44,989 bases of DNA. Origin: an uncultured Rickettsiales bacterium (GTDB lineage: Bacteria > Pseudomonadota > Alphaproteobacteria > Rs-D84). Positions within the stretch are counted from its first letter, which is position 1. Each line of letters begins with the position of its first letter. The notes below the pieces were generated by a model that saw nothing but the letters and a program-made list of their open reading frames with translations, did not search any database and was not told the origin of the DNA. The translations under genes were made by a program, and so were the position numbers. The stretch covers positions 1-44,989 of the forward strand of contig CAMWQN010000005.1 of the NCBI GenBank assembly GCA_947176385.1. Direction: 5' to 3'. Of this stretch, positions 1 through 11,118 are shown piece by piece.

Positions 1-9
1 TTTTTTCAC

Positions 10-90
10 TCAGAAGACGGCATCCGCTCTCCTGCCTATTCTCGTGGGCGCGGATAGTTGTATAAGAGACAGTCTCTATGTCTTTTTTGA
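10..90 (+). ncRNA. Candidate retron ncRNA (msr/msd), probably truncated by the window edge
   Basis: Directly upstream of HTH-RT. Hairpin 22-55 (ATCCGC/GCGGAT with inner GCCTAT/GTGGGC), hairpin 65-77 (AGAGAC/GTCTCT), possible enclosing stem 13-19/79-85. Boundaries uncertain. Confidence 0.45.
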
Positions 91-107
91 ACCCAAAGGT
101 GGGTGTA

Positions 108-446
108 ATGATGATAAATGAAACATTGCGTTTAATACGAATAATACATGATTTGTCTGCAACAGAGTTGGCTCGGCAGCTAAAAATATCCGTTGGACAA
201 CTGTCAAAGATAGAAAACGGTAATGCCACACCAAGTTTAGAATTGATAGAAAAATACGCTTCCATATTTAAGACAACTAGTTCTGTTTTATTGCTTTTTG
301 CAGAAAATTTAGACACAGAAAAAAAACGAGGTAAAATAAAAATATCTATACGGGACAAGATGTTTAAATTGTTACAGATGTTGGGCGATTATAAAGATGA
401 CAAAGAAAATAAAAAAAATTCCACTAGAACAAAGCCCGCTATATAA
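108..446 (+). CDS. XRE-family HTH protein, retron-associated
   Basis: LRLIR..DLSATELARQLKISVGQLSKIENG...PS is a Cro/C1 HTH. Overlaps the RT start. ATG 108/111 preferred over 78. Confidence 0.85.
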   Translation: MMINETLRLIRIIHDLSATELARQLKISVGQLSKIENGNATPSLELIEKYASIFKTTSSVLLLFAENLDTEKKRGKIKISIRDKMFKLLQMLGDYKDDKENKKNSTRTKPAI

Positions 447-1347
447 TCTATCTAGCAAAGCTAAACTATCTCATTTGTTGGGGTGTCGTACACAGTTTTT
501 ACATAATTTTCGAAACAATAGACGACAGTACAATATTTTCAGAATCAAGAAAAATAACAGTTCTGATAAAAGACCCGTAGAAGATCCGCATATGTTTCTA
601 AAACGTATGCATTCTAAACTTAAAATCCTTATTGCAGAGATTCAAACCCCAGATTATTTACATTCTGGAACAAAAGGGAAAAGCCATATAACGAATGCAA
701 AAAGTCATGTGGATGCCAAATATTGCGTTACATTAGATTTGAAGTCATTTTATCAGAATGCTCGAAAAACTTTTTTGCGTTACATGTTTCATACCGTATT
801 TCAAATGCCAGATGATATTGCGTACTGTGTGTCAGATATTGCCACAATTCCATATAAACCATCAGATGGGCATAATTCATATTTTTCAACCGGGTCGCCT
901 TTAAGTCAGATACTTATCTTTTGGTGTTATAAAGGAACTTTTGACTACATTGATCGATTGGCTCAAAAAAAGGGTATAGTATTTACACTGTATGTAGATG
1001 ATATGACTTTTTCTTCTAAAGCGCCGATACCCAAAAGTTTTATAAACTCTGTTGAAAAACGTCTAAAAAGAGTGGGATTGCATCTGAACGAACGTAAAAC
1101 GAAACAATATAGACCCACAGATTTTAAAATAATAACGGGTTGTGCTATTAAAAACGGATGCATGAAAGCAAAAAATTCTAAACGCAAAGAGATAATTGCC
1201 AAATTAAAACAAAATGATTGCTCTCCTCAAGCAATAGCATCGATTGTTGGAAAAATTGCATCGCAACAACAAATAGAACCAAATATATTGAATGCATCAA
1301 AACAGCAGTTGATTGCTAAGCGTAAAAAAATCAAAAACAAGCGATAA
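397..1347 (+). CDS. Retron-type reverse transcriptase
   Basis: NAKSH (retron region X NAxxH), LDLKSFY, TGSPLS, catalytic YVDD, IITG (region Y VTG-like). 316 aa, no maturase or endonuclease domain. Confidence 0.88.
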   Translation: MTKKIKKIPLEQSPLYNLSSKAKLSHLLGCRTQFLHNFRNNRRQYNIFRIKKNNSSDKRPVEDPHMFLKRMHSKLKILIAEIQTPDYLHSGTKGKSHITNAKSHVDAKYCVTLDLKSFYQNARKTFLRYMFHTVFQMPDDIAYCVSDIATIPYKPSDGHNSYFSTGSPLSQILIFWCYKGTFDYIDRLAQKKGIVFTLYVDDMTFSSKAPIPKSFINSVEKRLKRVGLHLNERKTKQYRPTDFKIITGCAIKNGCMKAKNSKRKEIIAKLKQNDCSPQAIASIVGKIASQQQIEPNILNASKQQLIAKRKKIKNKR

Positions 1348-1800
1348 TCATTCATCAGAACCAACAAACACAATCCCGAACCAGGTGCGGAGGAGAGACA
1401 GGTGGGGCTGGTAGGTTGTTGCGCTGGATTGTTCGCATTTGAATTCTGCCATTTCTTCGGGCGATAGCCCCCGTTCCTGGGCAAGTTTGTTCGCCAGCCC
1501 AATCAGGTAAAATACGTTGCCTTGGGGACCTTTCAGATCAATAACGATGCCAGTCTGGTATTTGGCGCCAGGACGTGTGCATGTGTCCTTGCGCTGGGGC
1601 GCTTTGTAATTTGCGGACATTTGCGCCAATTTGCGCTGGAGGTGGAGCAAGAGACCAGCCTGGCGGCCGGTAAGATGGTCGTTGTTGGTTTTACGGATGG
1701 CGGCCTCTAGGTTACGCATGGTGCGCATAGCGGCAAAGTACAGCATCGTAAATTCAGTGCGGTTGTTGGGCGTGATATCATCAAAATGCGTGTATTTCAT
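1348..1800 (-). CDS. Hypothetical protein, possibly phage/mobile-element derived
   Basis: 150-aa ORF with AAAGGA RBS, higher GC than flanks, abuts the RT stop. C-terminal IDLKGPQGNVFYLIG segment. Confidence 0.6.
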   Translation of the reverse strand: MKYTHFDDITPNNRTEFTMLYFAAMRTMRNLEAAIRKTNNDHLTGRQAGLLLHLQRKLAQMSANYKAPQRKDTCTRPGAKYQTGIVIDLKGPQGNVFYLIGLANKLAQERGLSPEEMAEFKCEQSSATTYQPHLSLLRTWFGIVFVGSDE

Positions 1801-2016
1801 AGAAAATCCTTTTAGGTTGCTGCATTTGTGCTTAATAAAACGCTTTTGTCCAGTGGTTTATTCTGCTTAATTGGAATTTGTAGGCGTATAATCGGAAGTA
1901 GGCCTTGATTTCATAAGGACAAGAAACCTGTGTGACCGAGGAGGAAGCGATAGATGATTATAACAATCATATTTAGGGGGATGAGCGATTGCTCTCGACC
2001 ACAAGTGTTGTACAAT

Positions 2017-2044
2017 AAACAAGCCCCATGGTTGGGGCTTGTTT
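2017..2044. terminator. Intrinsic terminator (likely bidirectional)
   Basis: AAACAAGCCCCA-TGGT-TGGGGCTTGTTT perfect 12-bp inverted repeat at the DUF262 stop. Confidence 0.8.
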
Positions 2045-3432
2045 TAGTCATTTGGAGCTTTTAAAACAATGTCATTACGACTTCGATGGTTATTGCAGTA
2101 TCTATGAGTCAATCTGGCGTTATCTGCTGTAGTTGTGCCTCCCATCCAGAATTGTTCAATATGGTCAACAGCCGCATCATCTACACTCATAATTTTATTG
2201 CCACAAATTGCACAGGTATTATCCTTTTCGAATAACTCATTCTTAAATTGGTGAGTATAACACCGAGCCTGTGTTTGATCATTAGCAAGAATCTGCTCCA
2301 TTCTGTGTCTGAATATATCAAACCTAGTTCTCACTTGGACGTTCCCAGAAGTGGACCGAGTAATAGAATCTATAAATTTCTCGTCATTAACCATAAGGTC
2401 AATCGTAGCCTCTCTTATAAGATCCGCATTTCGTGTAACCTTATTTTTGTCTTGTGTAGAAAAGAACCACATATAAATATCAAATAAGGATGTGTTAATA
2501 TTAAGGCTTTTGTTGTCCCATTTGCCTTCTTTGGTATCTAAATCAATAACATAGCGTTTAAAAGCTTGTTTGCCATATATGGTTTTTATTAGGTACAAGG
2601 CGTTTTTAAATCTTTCTTCATCCTCTTTACGTTGTTTGTCATCATAAATCTTAAAATGTTCGCAATCATCATTTAAGAACTTCTTCATAGGTGCTGAATA
2701 TTTTAAATATGTTTGATGAGAAAAAGCCATAAAACGCAAAACAAGCTCCACGTCTTTCATTCGGGGTTCGTTGTTCCTCAGACCAACCAGTTCTCTGAAC
2801 ACCGTATCTTTTGCTAAAGCCTTTACTGTTTCCATATATGTGCCACGATAAATACAGTTACGCAACTCCATATCATTTAGTCCGACAGAGCCGCGGTTAA
2901 GTCGTTCAAACATATCGAACTTTATATCCGGGCCGGAATTTTTAAGAATAACCACAATGCGTATCGAATAATTTTTTAATTTTCGTTGGGCTTCTTTATC
3001 TAGGTCAACAAATCTGCACTTGTTGTACTGGTCCAAAACATTTAATGAAGATAATTTAAATTCAGTTTTTCGACCGTCGGGGTGTTCGAATTCATTATTC
3101 ATAAAACGAATAATAGATGTCAGACGTTGTTGTCCATCGATAACCAGCCATTTCCCATCGTCTGTTTCAGAGACATATATAACTGGTACAGGAAAACCCA
3201 ACAAAATACTTTCGATTAACTTGCTCGCTTGTCCACTGTTCCAAACGTATTTTCGTTGGAAAGATGGGCGCAAAATAATATCGCCGCTTTGCCACATTGA
3301 AAATAAAGTATGGATATTTGGGTCTGTGGATTGCGTAAAAATTTGTTGTGTCGACAAATCAAGAAATTCATTGTTGTTGCCATCGGTCGTATCTTCTTCG
3401 TAAACTAACATATTGTCATCAAATTCGGACAT
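2044..3432 (-). CDS. DUF262 (ParB-like/GmrS) domain protein with C-terminal HNH endonuclease
   Basis: FQRKYVW, IDGQQRLT and FERLNRG DUF262 motifs; C-terminal CAICG...VDHI...GG.T..DNARLTHRYCN HNH motif; AAGGAG RBS. Confidence 0.88.
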   Translation of the reverse strand: MSEFDDNMLVYEEDTTDGNNNEFLDLSTQQIFTQSTDPNIHTLFSMWQSGDIILRPSFQRKYVWNSGQASKLIESILLGFPVPVIYVSETDDGKWLVIDGQQRLTSIIRFMNNEFEHPDGRKTEFKLSSLNVLDQYNKCRFVDLDKEAQRKLKNYSIRIVVILKNSGPDIKFDMFERLNRGSVGLNDMELRNCIYRGTYMETVKALAKDTVFRELVGLRNNEPRMKDVELVLRFMAFSHQTYLKYSAPMKKFLNDDCEHFKIYDDKQRKEDEERFKNALYLIKTIYGKQAFKRYVIDLDTKEGKWDNKSLNINTSLFDIYMWFFSTQDKNKVTRNADLIREATIDLMVNDEKFIDSITRSTSGNVQVRTRFDIFRHRMEQILANDQTQARCYTHQFKNELFEKDNTCAICGNKIMSVDDAAVDHIEQFWMGGTTTADNARLTHRYCNNHRSRNDIVLKAPND

Positions 3433-3614
3433 TTAAAGGCTCCTTATGTACTGGTATTATATAGAAATAAATTCATAATGCTAACTTTTTTCTATGCGTC
3501 ATCTAAATTCTAGTATTATTTCTGTGTAGCTGCTGTGTAGAAATATGTGTATTTCTGGGGGGGGCGTGGTGTGTCTAAAACAACCTAAATCCGAAAGTGT
3601 TAAATCAAAAAAAT

Positions 3615-3640
3615 ACCGCAAAATCAAATGATTTTGCGGT
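3615..3640 (-). terminator. Terminator downstream of tRNA-Asn
   Basis: ACCGCAAAATCA-AA-TGATTTTGCGGT followed by a T-run on the minus strand. Confidence 0.7.
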
Positions 3641-3648
3641 CTAATCTT

Positions 3649-3724
3649 TGGCTCGGGCAGCTGGACTCGAACCAGCGACATACGGATTAACAGTCCGTTG
3701 TTCTACCGACTGAACTATGCCCGA
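3649..3724 (-). tRNA. tRNA-Asn(GTT)
   Basis: Reverse complement TCGGGCATAGTTCAGTCGGTAGAACAACGGACTGTTAATCCGTATGTCGCTGGTTCGAGTCCAGCTGCCCGAGCCA: cloverleaf, GTT anticodon, encoded CCA. Confidence 0.97.
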
Positions 3725-4149
3725 ATAGCGTTGCTTATATTATATGCTTTTATACAACATTTCAAGTACTTTTTTATCAGATTTGGATTTTTTTCTTTTT
3801 ATAGCGTATTTAGCCGCTTGGCGGGGCAATATTATGATGCGGGGACAAAAAAGAATTACTTCTTGGTATTTTGTGTTGTTGTTGCCAATGCGTGTTCTTT
3901 TGCACGTGCTGTGCGCAGTTTCTGTTCTTGTTGTGCCAGTCTGTCGATTGCGCGCCAAAGGTCAGAATGTGTCATTGTTTTATTCCTTGCATCTGTATAT
4001 AAATGCATTATTTCATAATGTGGCGGCTTTTCCTATCGGAAAGAAATCCTGGGGTTGAGCGCCTGTTTGCCAGATTTAAATTTATTGCAGGTTTGAAATT
4101 TTGGTGCTATATTTGACTACGTCCAATAAAGATGACAAAAGGAAATAAA

Positions 4150-4965
4150 ATGTTATTGAAAGGAAAAAAGATTCTGATTACAGGCGTTGCAAACGATTGG
4201 TCTATGGCGTGGGCAATTGCCAAACGTGCGCATGAAATGGGTGCAGAAATCGCGATGCCGTATGCGATGCCAAATTTGGAAAAGCGTGTACGTCCATTGG
4301 CGGAATCAATCAATGCAAAATTCGTCCAAGAATGCAATGTTCAGAACGATGAACAGATGGATTCTTTGTTTAATGCCATTGAAAAAGAATGGGGACACCT
4401 GGATGGTATGTTGCATGCGATTGCATTCTCAGATAAAAATGAATTAACCGGTCGTTATGCTGACACAAGCCGTGACAATTTCAAAAACACAATGGATATT
4501 TCAGTTTATTCATTGGTTGATTTGACACGTCGCGCGTCAAAGTTGATGAAAGATGGTGGTTCTGTTGTTGCACTGACATATTTTGGCGGGGAAAAGTCTG
4601 TACCAAACTATAACGTAATGGGTGTTGCAAAATCCGCATTGGACAGCAGTGTTCGTTATCTGGCATCTGACCTGGGACGTGATAAAATCCGTGTTAATGC
4701 CATCAGTGCAGGTCCAATTATGACATTGGCGTCCAGTGGCGTTGGTGGATTCAAGGCAATGTTGCGTCTGAATGCGGAACAGACACCATTGCGCCGTAAC
4801 ATGACATTAGAAGATGTGTCTGGCGCAGCAGTTTATCTGTTCAGTGACTTGTCGTCGGCGGTGACTGGCGAAGTCCATCATGTTGATTGTGGTTATTCGA
4901 CCACCGGCATGATGCCGAACGAGCTGAAAGACATCCTGTTAAAAGGCTTGGACGATCAGCAGTAA
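4150..4965 (+). CDS. fabI: Enoyl-ACP reductase
   Basis: LKGKKILITGVAN..S, YNVMGVAK, RVNAISAGPI.TLA, TGEVHHVDCG. Confidence 0.95.
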   Translation: MLLKGKKILITGVANDWSMAWAIAKRAHEMGAEIAMPYAMPNLEKRVRPLAESINAKFVQECNVQNDEQMDSLFNAIEKEWGHLDGMLHAIAFSDKNELTGRYADTSRDNFKNTMDISVYSLVDLTRRASKLMKDGGSVVALTYFGGEKSVPNYNVMGVAKSALDSSVRYLASDLGRDKIRVNAISAGPIMTLASSGVGGFKAMLRLNAEQTPLRRNMTLEDVSGAAVYLFSDLSSAVTGEVHHVDCGYSTTGMMPNELKDILLKGLDDQQ

Positions 4966-5030
4966 AAGTTTTTTATCGGTACAACCAGTTAGGTTGGAGT
5001 TTTTTGTGTGAGGGGTGCTGAAGCCTTCAT

Positions 5031-5058
5031 AAAAATCCCGCCGTTTGGTGGGATTTTT
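5031..5058. terminator. Intrinsic terminator after fabI
   Basis: AAAAATCCCGCC-GTTT-GGTGGGATTTTT. Confidence 0.75.
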
Positions 5059-5112
5059 TATTGCAATAATATATTAAAATGCTATTTTTGATAAAGCACA
5101 TAAGGGCATTAA

Positions 5113-5661
5113 ATGGTGACACAATATACGGATTTTTGCACAGCAGAATTGATTAAACTCTTGAAATGGCAAGATATGTTTGATATTGACTGGGCAACGT
5201 CATTCAGACGTGATGCGTATGAATTACAGCGGAATATGGCAAATATGATTTACAATGTCGCAAAAGAGGTTGCCCGATACAGCCCATGGGTGTATTTTCG
5301 TGGAACCCAGGATACTCCATTTGGTTTAAAGTATATATTTGATATCCCCAGCATTGGTGGCAGTGTCAAAGTTCAAAACATAACTTCAGCGCCCGCGCCA
5401 TTGGCAATTTTGCAATTATTAGATACTTCGCGTGTTTTGGTGTCAAACGAGTATTTAATTAGCGATAATATAGATAAATCTAATTGCATGACGCGCAAAA
5501 TATATAATGGTGCCCATGTATTGATAAGTGCCGGCGAGCTTAGTATCAAGTATCAGGCAGAAAAGAAACGCAGTGAAGAAGAGAGTCGTCGGATACAAGA
5601 AGCGGCAGCAAAAGAACAGGCGCTGGCAAGTTTGTTAAAAAACAAAGACCAGGGCAGATAA
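5113..5661 (+). CDS. Hypothetical protein
   Basis: 182-aa ORF with AAGGG RBS, upstream TTGCAA promoter-like box, helical charged C-terminus; no recognised family. Confidence 0.7.
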   Translation: MVTQYTDFCTAELIKLLKWQDMFDIDWATSFRRDAYELQRNMANMIYNVAKEVARYSPWVYFRGTQDTPFGLKYIFDIPSIGGSVKVQNITSAPAPLAILQLLDTSRVLVSNEYLISDNIDKSNCMTRKIYNGAHVLISAGELSIKYQAEKKRSEEESRRIQEAAAKEQALASLLKNKDQGR

Positions 5662-5920
5662 TAATTTGATATTGTACATAATAAAATATATAAATCTGTC
5701 CATAGAGCAAATTATTCTTGTGTGTTCCAAGGCAGTCCAGCAGAAGTAAAAAAACTCTGTGAAGAAACCATTGGCAAAATTATTGTTGAAAAAATATCGC
5801 ATGTTCCCGGTACGTCCAAATGCACGATTGAGCCACGTGCCAGAAAATATTAATGTTAAATATTTTGTGCTAAAAAAACGCGTTACTATTGTAATGCGTT
5901 TTTTTGTCGGTTTTTATAAA

Positions 5921-8155
<2,235 letters not shown>

Positions 8156-8247
8156 TCACTTGCGACAGGGAAAATATTCATGATAAAATTCACTTGAATT
8201 TTTGACAAAAATCAACTGGCAATTGAAAACAATATAGGGAGAGAGTA

Positions 8248-8508
8248 ATGTTTCATGCATGTTTGTGGTCTGCAATTGATAATCTGGCAGCCAAAAATCA
8301 TATGTCATGTTCTGGTATGGCACGACGCAGTGGTCTGGATGCGACCGTGTTTAACAAAAGTAAACGTTACAGTCGTGCTGGCAAACCGCATTATCCATCA
8401 ATGAAGAGTGTAGAAAAGGTATTAACTGCAACTGGTACATCAATGGTGGACTTTGCTGAAATGATTGTAGATGCATCACGCAACATCGAACGTCAATCAA
8501 AACACTAG
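8248..8508 (+). CDS. Small HTH DNA-binding protein
   Basis: WSAIDNLAA...SGMARRSGLDATVFNKSKR...PS..SV.KVL matches the N-terminal domain of an alphaproteobacterial HTH-S24 repressor family; GGGAGAG RBS. Confidence 0.8.
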   Translation: MFHACLWSAIDNLAAKNHMSCSGMARRSGLDATVFNKSKRYSRAGKPHYPSMKSVEKVLTATGTSMVDFAEMIVDASRNIERQSKH

Positions 8509-8514
8509 GGCACA

Positions 8515-9189
8515 TTACATCCCAAATTTGTATGATGCACCGATATATATCTGGGTGGCATCAACCTTGCTGACGGCGTCTTGGTGTTCAACATTGCCAT
8601 ATTTGACGTATTTTATACCTAAATCCAGTGCGATGCGTTCGTTCAGGTCGAACCAGACGCCTGCCATTACCTGATACGACAGATCAAATGCATTATCCAA
8701 TTCGCCATCAACATCGCCCCAAATACCGGTCAGTCCAATACCTGCACCGATGTATGGTGCCACAACCCCGCTGTATTCTTGGAACAAGTATGCGTTAAAT
8801 AAATTCGCCCACAGGTTATAACTGAAATCGTGGTTGTAATTATTGTGTGTTGAACCCATGTACAATGTTTCATATTCAACGCGCAGAAAATCGGTCAATC
8901 GATTTCCCAGTACGGTTCCGAAACCGAAATTATCGCGTGTTTTTTCTTCGTGATATCCGGTGGGAAAAGTGTATGCATATGCGGCGTGTTCATTTTTATA
9001 AATACGGAATCCGGTATAGTTATCACGCCGTGCGTTTTTATTGTCACAGTCGCATTTACATATCGGATAATCAGTCCCTGCATCTGGAGCGTCATATGTA
9101 ATGTATTCATCATATTCGCCATACGTATTTGCGACCGCTGGCGTGATACATATGCACAGTGCTGCGATAATAAATGGAATTTTCTTCAT
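8515..9189 (-). CDS. Outer-membrane beta-barrel protein (OmpA-like/opacity porin type)
   Basis: Signal peptide MKKIPFIIAALCICITPAVA, RVEYE, PYIGAGIG, terminal ASYKF strand. Confidence 0.8.
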   Translation of the reverse strand: MKKIPFIIAALCICITPAVANTYGEYDEYITYDAPDAGTDYPICKCDCDNKNARRDNYTGFRIYKNEHAAYAYTFPTGYHEEKTRDNFGFGTVLGNRLTDFLRVEYETLYMGSTHNNYNHDFSYNLWANLFNAYLFQEYSGVVAPYIGAGIGLTGIWGDVDGELDNAFDLSYQVMAGVWFDLNERIALDLGIKYVKYGNVEHQDAVSKVDATQIYIGASYKFGM

Positions 9190-9293
9190 ATGCTCTCTTT
9201 CCTTTTTGATAAACTTCATTAAAATATAATCGTTGGCAAAACACAAGAATTTTGTGTTATAATCGTTGTATTAAAACAAAGGAAGATTTTGCA

Positions 9294-11069
9294 TTGGCAC
9301 GCACGCCGGAAAACAATATCAAAGAATCTCAAAAAGAGCGCACTTCGTCATGGCGTGTGCGCGTGTTGGTATGGTTGCTGGATTTGATGTTGTTGCTGGG
9401 GGTGGCGACTGCTGCGTATGTATTGATTGTGTTTTTACAGATGCCATCGCTGGATTCGATATTGCATGAAACGCGACCAGCGGCAATTATATTCTTGGAT
9501 AAAAACGGACATGAAATTCGCGCGTCAAATCGTATTATGGGAACGCCTGTATCTGTCGATACATTGCCACCATATGTATGGCAGGCAATCATTGCAATCG
9601 AAGACAAACGTTTCTTTGACCATGGTCCGATTGATATGCGTGGCATATCACGTGCGTTGGTATCAAATATGGTGCATGGTCGTATTGCGGCGGGTGGTTC
9701 AACAATCACACAACAAACTGCCAAGAATGTGTTTTTAAGTCGCGACAAAAAAATCTCGCGCAAGGTTCAGGAACTAATCCTGTCATATTGGTTGGAAAAT
9801 CGGTTTAATAAAAATCAGGTCTTGGATTTATACATGAACCGTGTGTCATTGGTTGGTGGTATGCGTGGAATTGATGCTGCGGCACGTGCAATGTTCCAGA
9901 CATCGGCAAATAATATGTCACTGGCACAAAGCGCGCAAATCGCTGCGATGTTAAAGGCGCCGACCACATACAGTCCACTGCGTAATCCGGACAAGAATAT
10001 TGCCCGTGCCCGTGTAATATTACAAGAAATGGTTCGTCAGGGATATATTTCGATTAACCAGGCACGCGCAGCGGCAGCAGAACTGGGACCTGCGACACCT
10101 GCACCTGACACAAACATATATCGTTATTGGACAGATTTTGTAATGGATGAATTACATTCACGTATGGGCGAATTTTCATCTGATATGTACGTTCATACAA
10201 CAATAGATATGAAATTGCAGGAACATGTTGCCGCGATATTACCATCACATGTCGGGACTTACCAGGGGGCGGTTGTTGCTGTTGCACGTGATGGGGCGAT
10301 TACATCAATGGTTGGTGGCGCGGATTATAAAACCAGTCAATTTAATCGCGTGTTGGCATCGCGCCAACCAGGCAGTACGTTCAAGCCTGTTGTTTATCTG
10401 GTCGCCCTGGAGGGTGGCATGACCCCCGACATGTATGTAAATGATTCACCGTTTTCAATTGGTGACTACAACCCGCAGAACTATAATTCACGTTACTATG
10501 GCGACATAACATTGGCGACGGCTTTTGCAAAAAGTGTGAACTCTGTGCCTTTAAAATTAACAGAAATTTATGGTATCGACGCTGTGCTTGATATGGCAGG
10601 ACGTCTGGGGGTGGGAACGCAATTGCGGCGTGAATATTCGACAGTACTTGGTGCGTCGGAAATGAACCTGTTGGATTTGACAACGATATACGCCGTTATC
10701 TGGAATAATGGTGCGTCCGTTCGTCCGTATTCCATTACGCGTATTACAGACCCAGCAGGAAAGATTTTATATGAACGCAATCCATCTGATCCAATTCAAA
10801 TTTTGGCGCCACAAACAATCAGTTATATGGCAGAGTTATTGTCAGATGTCACCAAGCCTGGTGGTACCGGACATCGTGCCGCCGCGCCGAATGTGTTGGG
10901 TGGAAAAACAGGAACCAGTAATAATAACCGCGATGCATGGTTTGTTGGTGCGACATCGGATTCTGTCATTGGTGTGTGGGTTGGTAACGATAATTTTACG
11001 CCCATGGGGACCAAAGTTACAGGTGGAACAATTCCGGCTGAAATTTTTCATGATATCGTCTTGCAATAA
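9294..11069 (+). CDS. Class A penicillin-binding protein (PBP1A family)
   Basis: EDKRF, GGSTITQQ, RKVQE transglycosylase motifs; STFK, SVN, KTG transpeptidase motifs. Start uncertain (TTG 9294 or 9252). Confidence 0.93.
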   Translation: MARTPENNIKESQKERTSSWRVRVLVWLLDLMLLLGVATAAYVLIVFLQMPSLDSILHETRPAAIIFLDKNGHEIRASNRIMGTPVSVDTLPPYVWQAIIAIEDKRFFDHGPIDMRGISRALVSNMVHGRIAAGGSTITQQTAKNVFLSRDKKISRKVQELILSYWLENRFNKNQVLDLYMNRVSLVGGMRGIDAAARAMFQTSANNMSLAQSAQIAAMLKAPTTYSPLRNPDKNIARARVILQEMVRQGYISINQARAAAAELGPATPAPDTNIYRYWTDFVMDELHSRMGEFSSDMYVHTTIDMKLQEHVAAILPSHVGTYQGAVVAVARDGAITSMVGGADYKTSQFNRVLASRQPGSTFKPVVYLVALEGGMTPDMYVNDSPFSIGDYNPQNYNSRYYGDITLATAFAKSVNSVPLKLTEIYGIDAVLDMAGRLGVGTQLRREYSTVLGASEMNLLDLTTIYAVIWNNGASVRPYSITRITDPAGKILYERNPSDPIQILAPQTISYMAELLSDVTKPGGTGHRAAAPNVLGGKTGTSNNNRDAWFVGATSDSVIGVWVGNDNFTPMGTKVTGGTIPAEIFHDIVLQ

Positions 11070-11118
11070 AGATAGATTTTTGCAAACATTGTCCCGTATT
11101 TAGTTTGCGGGGGATTAT

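Larger units (their letters stand above)
1..3648. mobile_element. Right end of a putative genomic/defence island integrated at the tRNA-Asn 3' end
   Basis: AT-rich defence-type genes immediately downstream of a tRNA 3' end; tandem CTGTGTAG repeats at 3522-3540. Integrase and second att site not in the window. Confidence 0.55.

Noticed and set aside
397-1347. RT as group II intron, DGR or CRISPR-associated RT
   Set aside because: No maturase/endonuclease domain, no template/variable repeat pair, no cas genes; retron X/Y motifs present.
3557-3564. G8 tract as a phase-variation site
   Set aside because: Intergenic and not clearly within a promoter spacer or CDS.
3698-4058. Overlapping ORFs between tRNA-Asn and fabI
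   Set aside because: No recognisable motifs or RBS, and the frames conflict. A short gene from ATG ~3834 is possible but unsupported.
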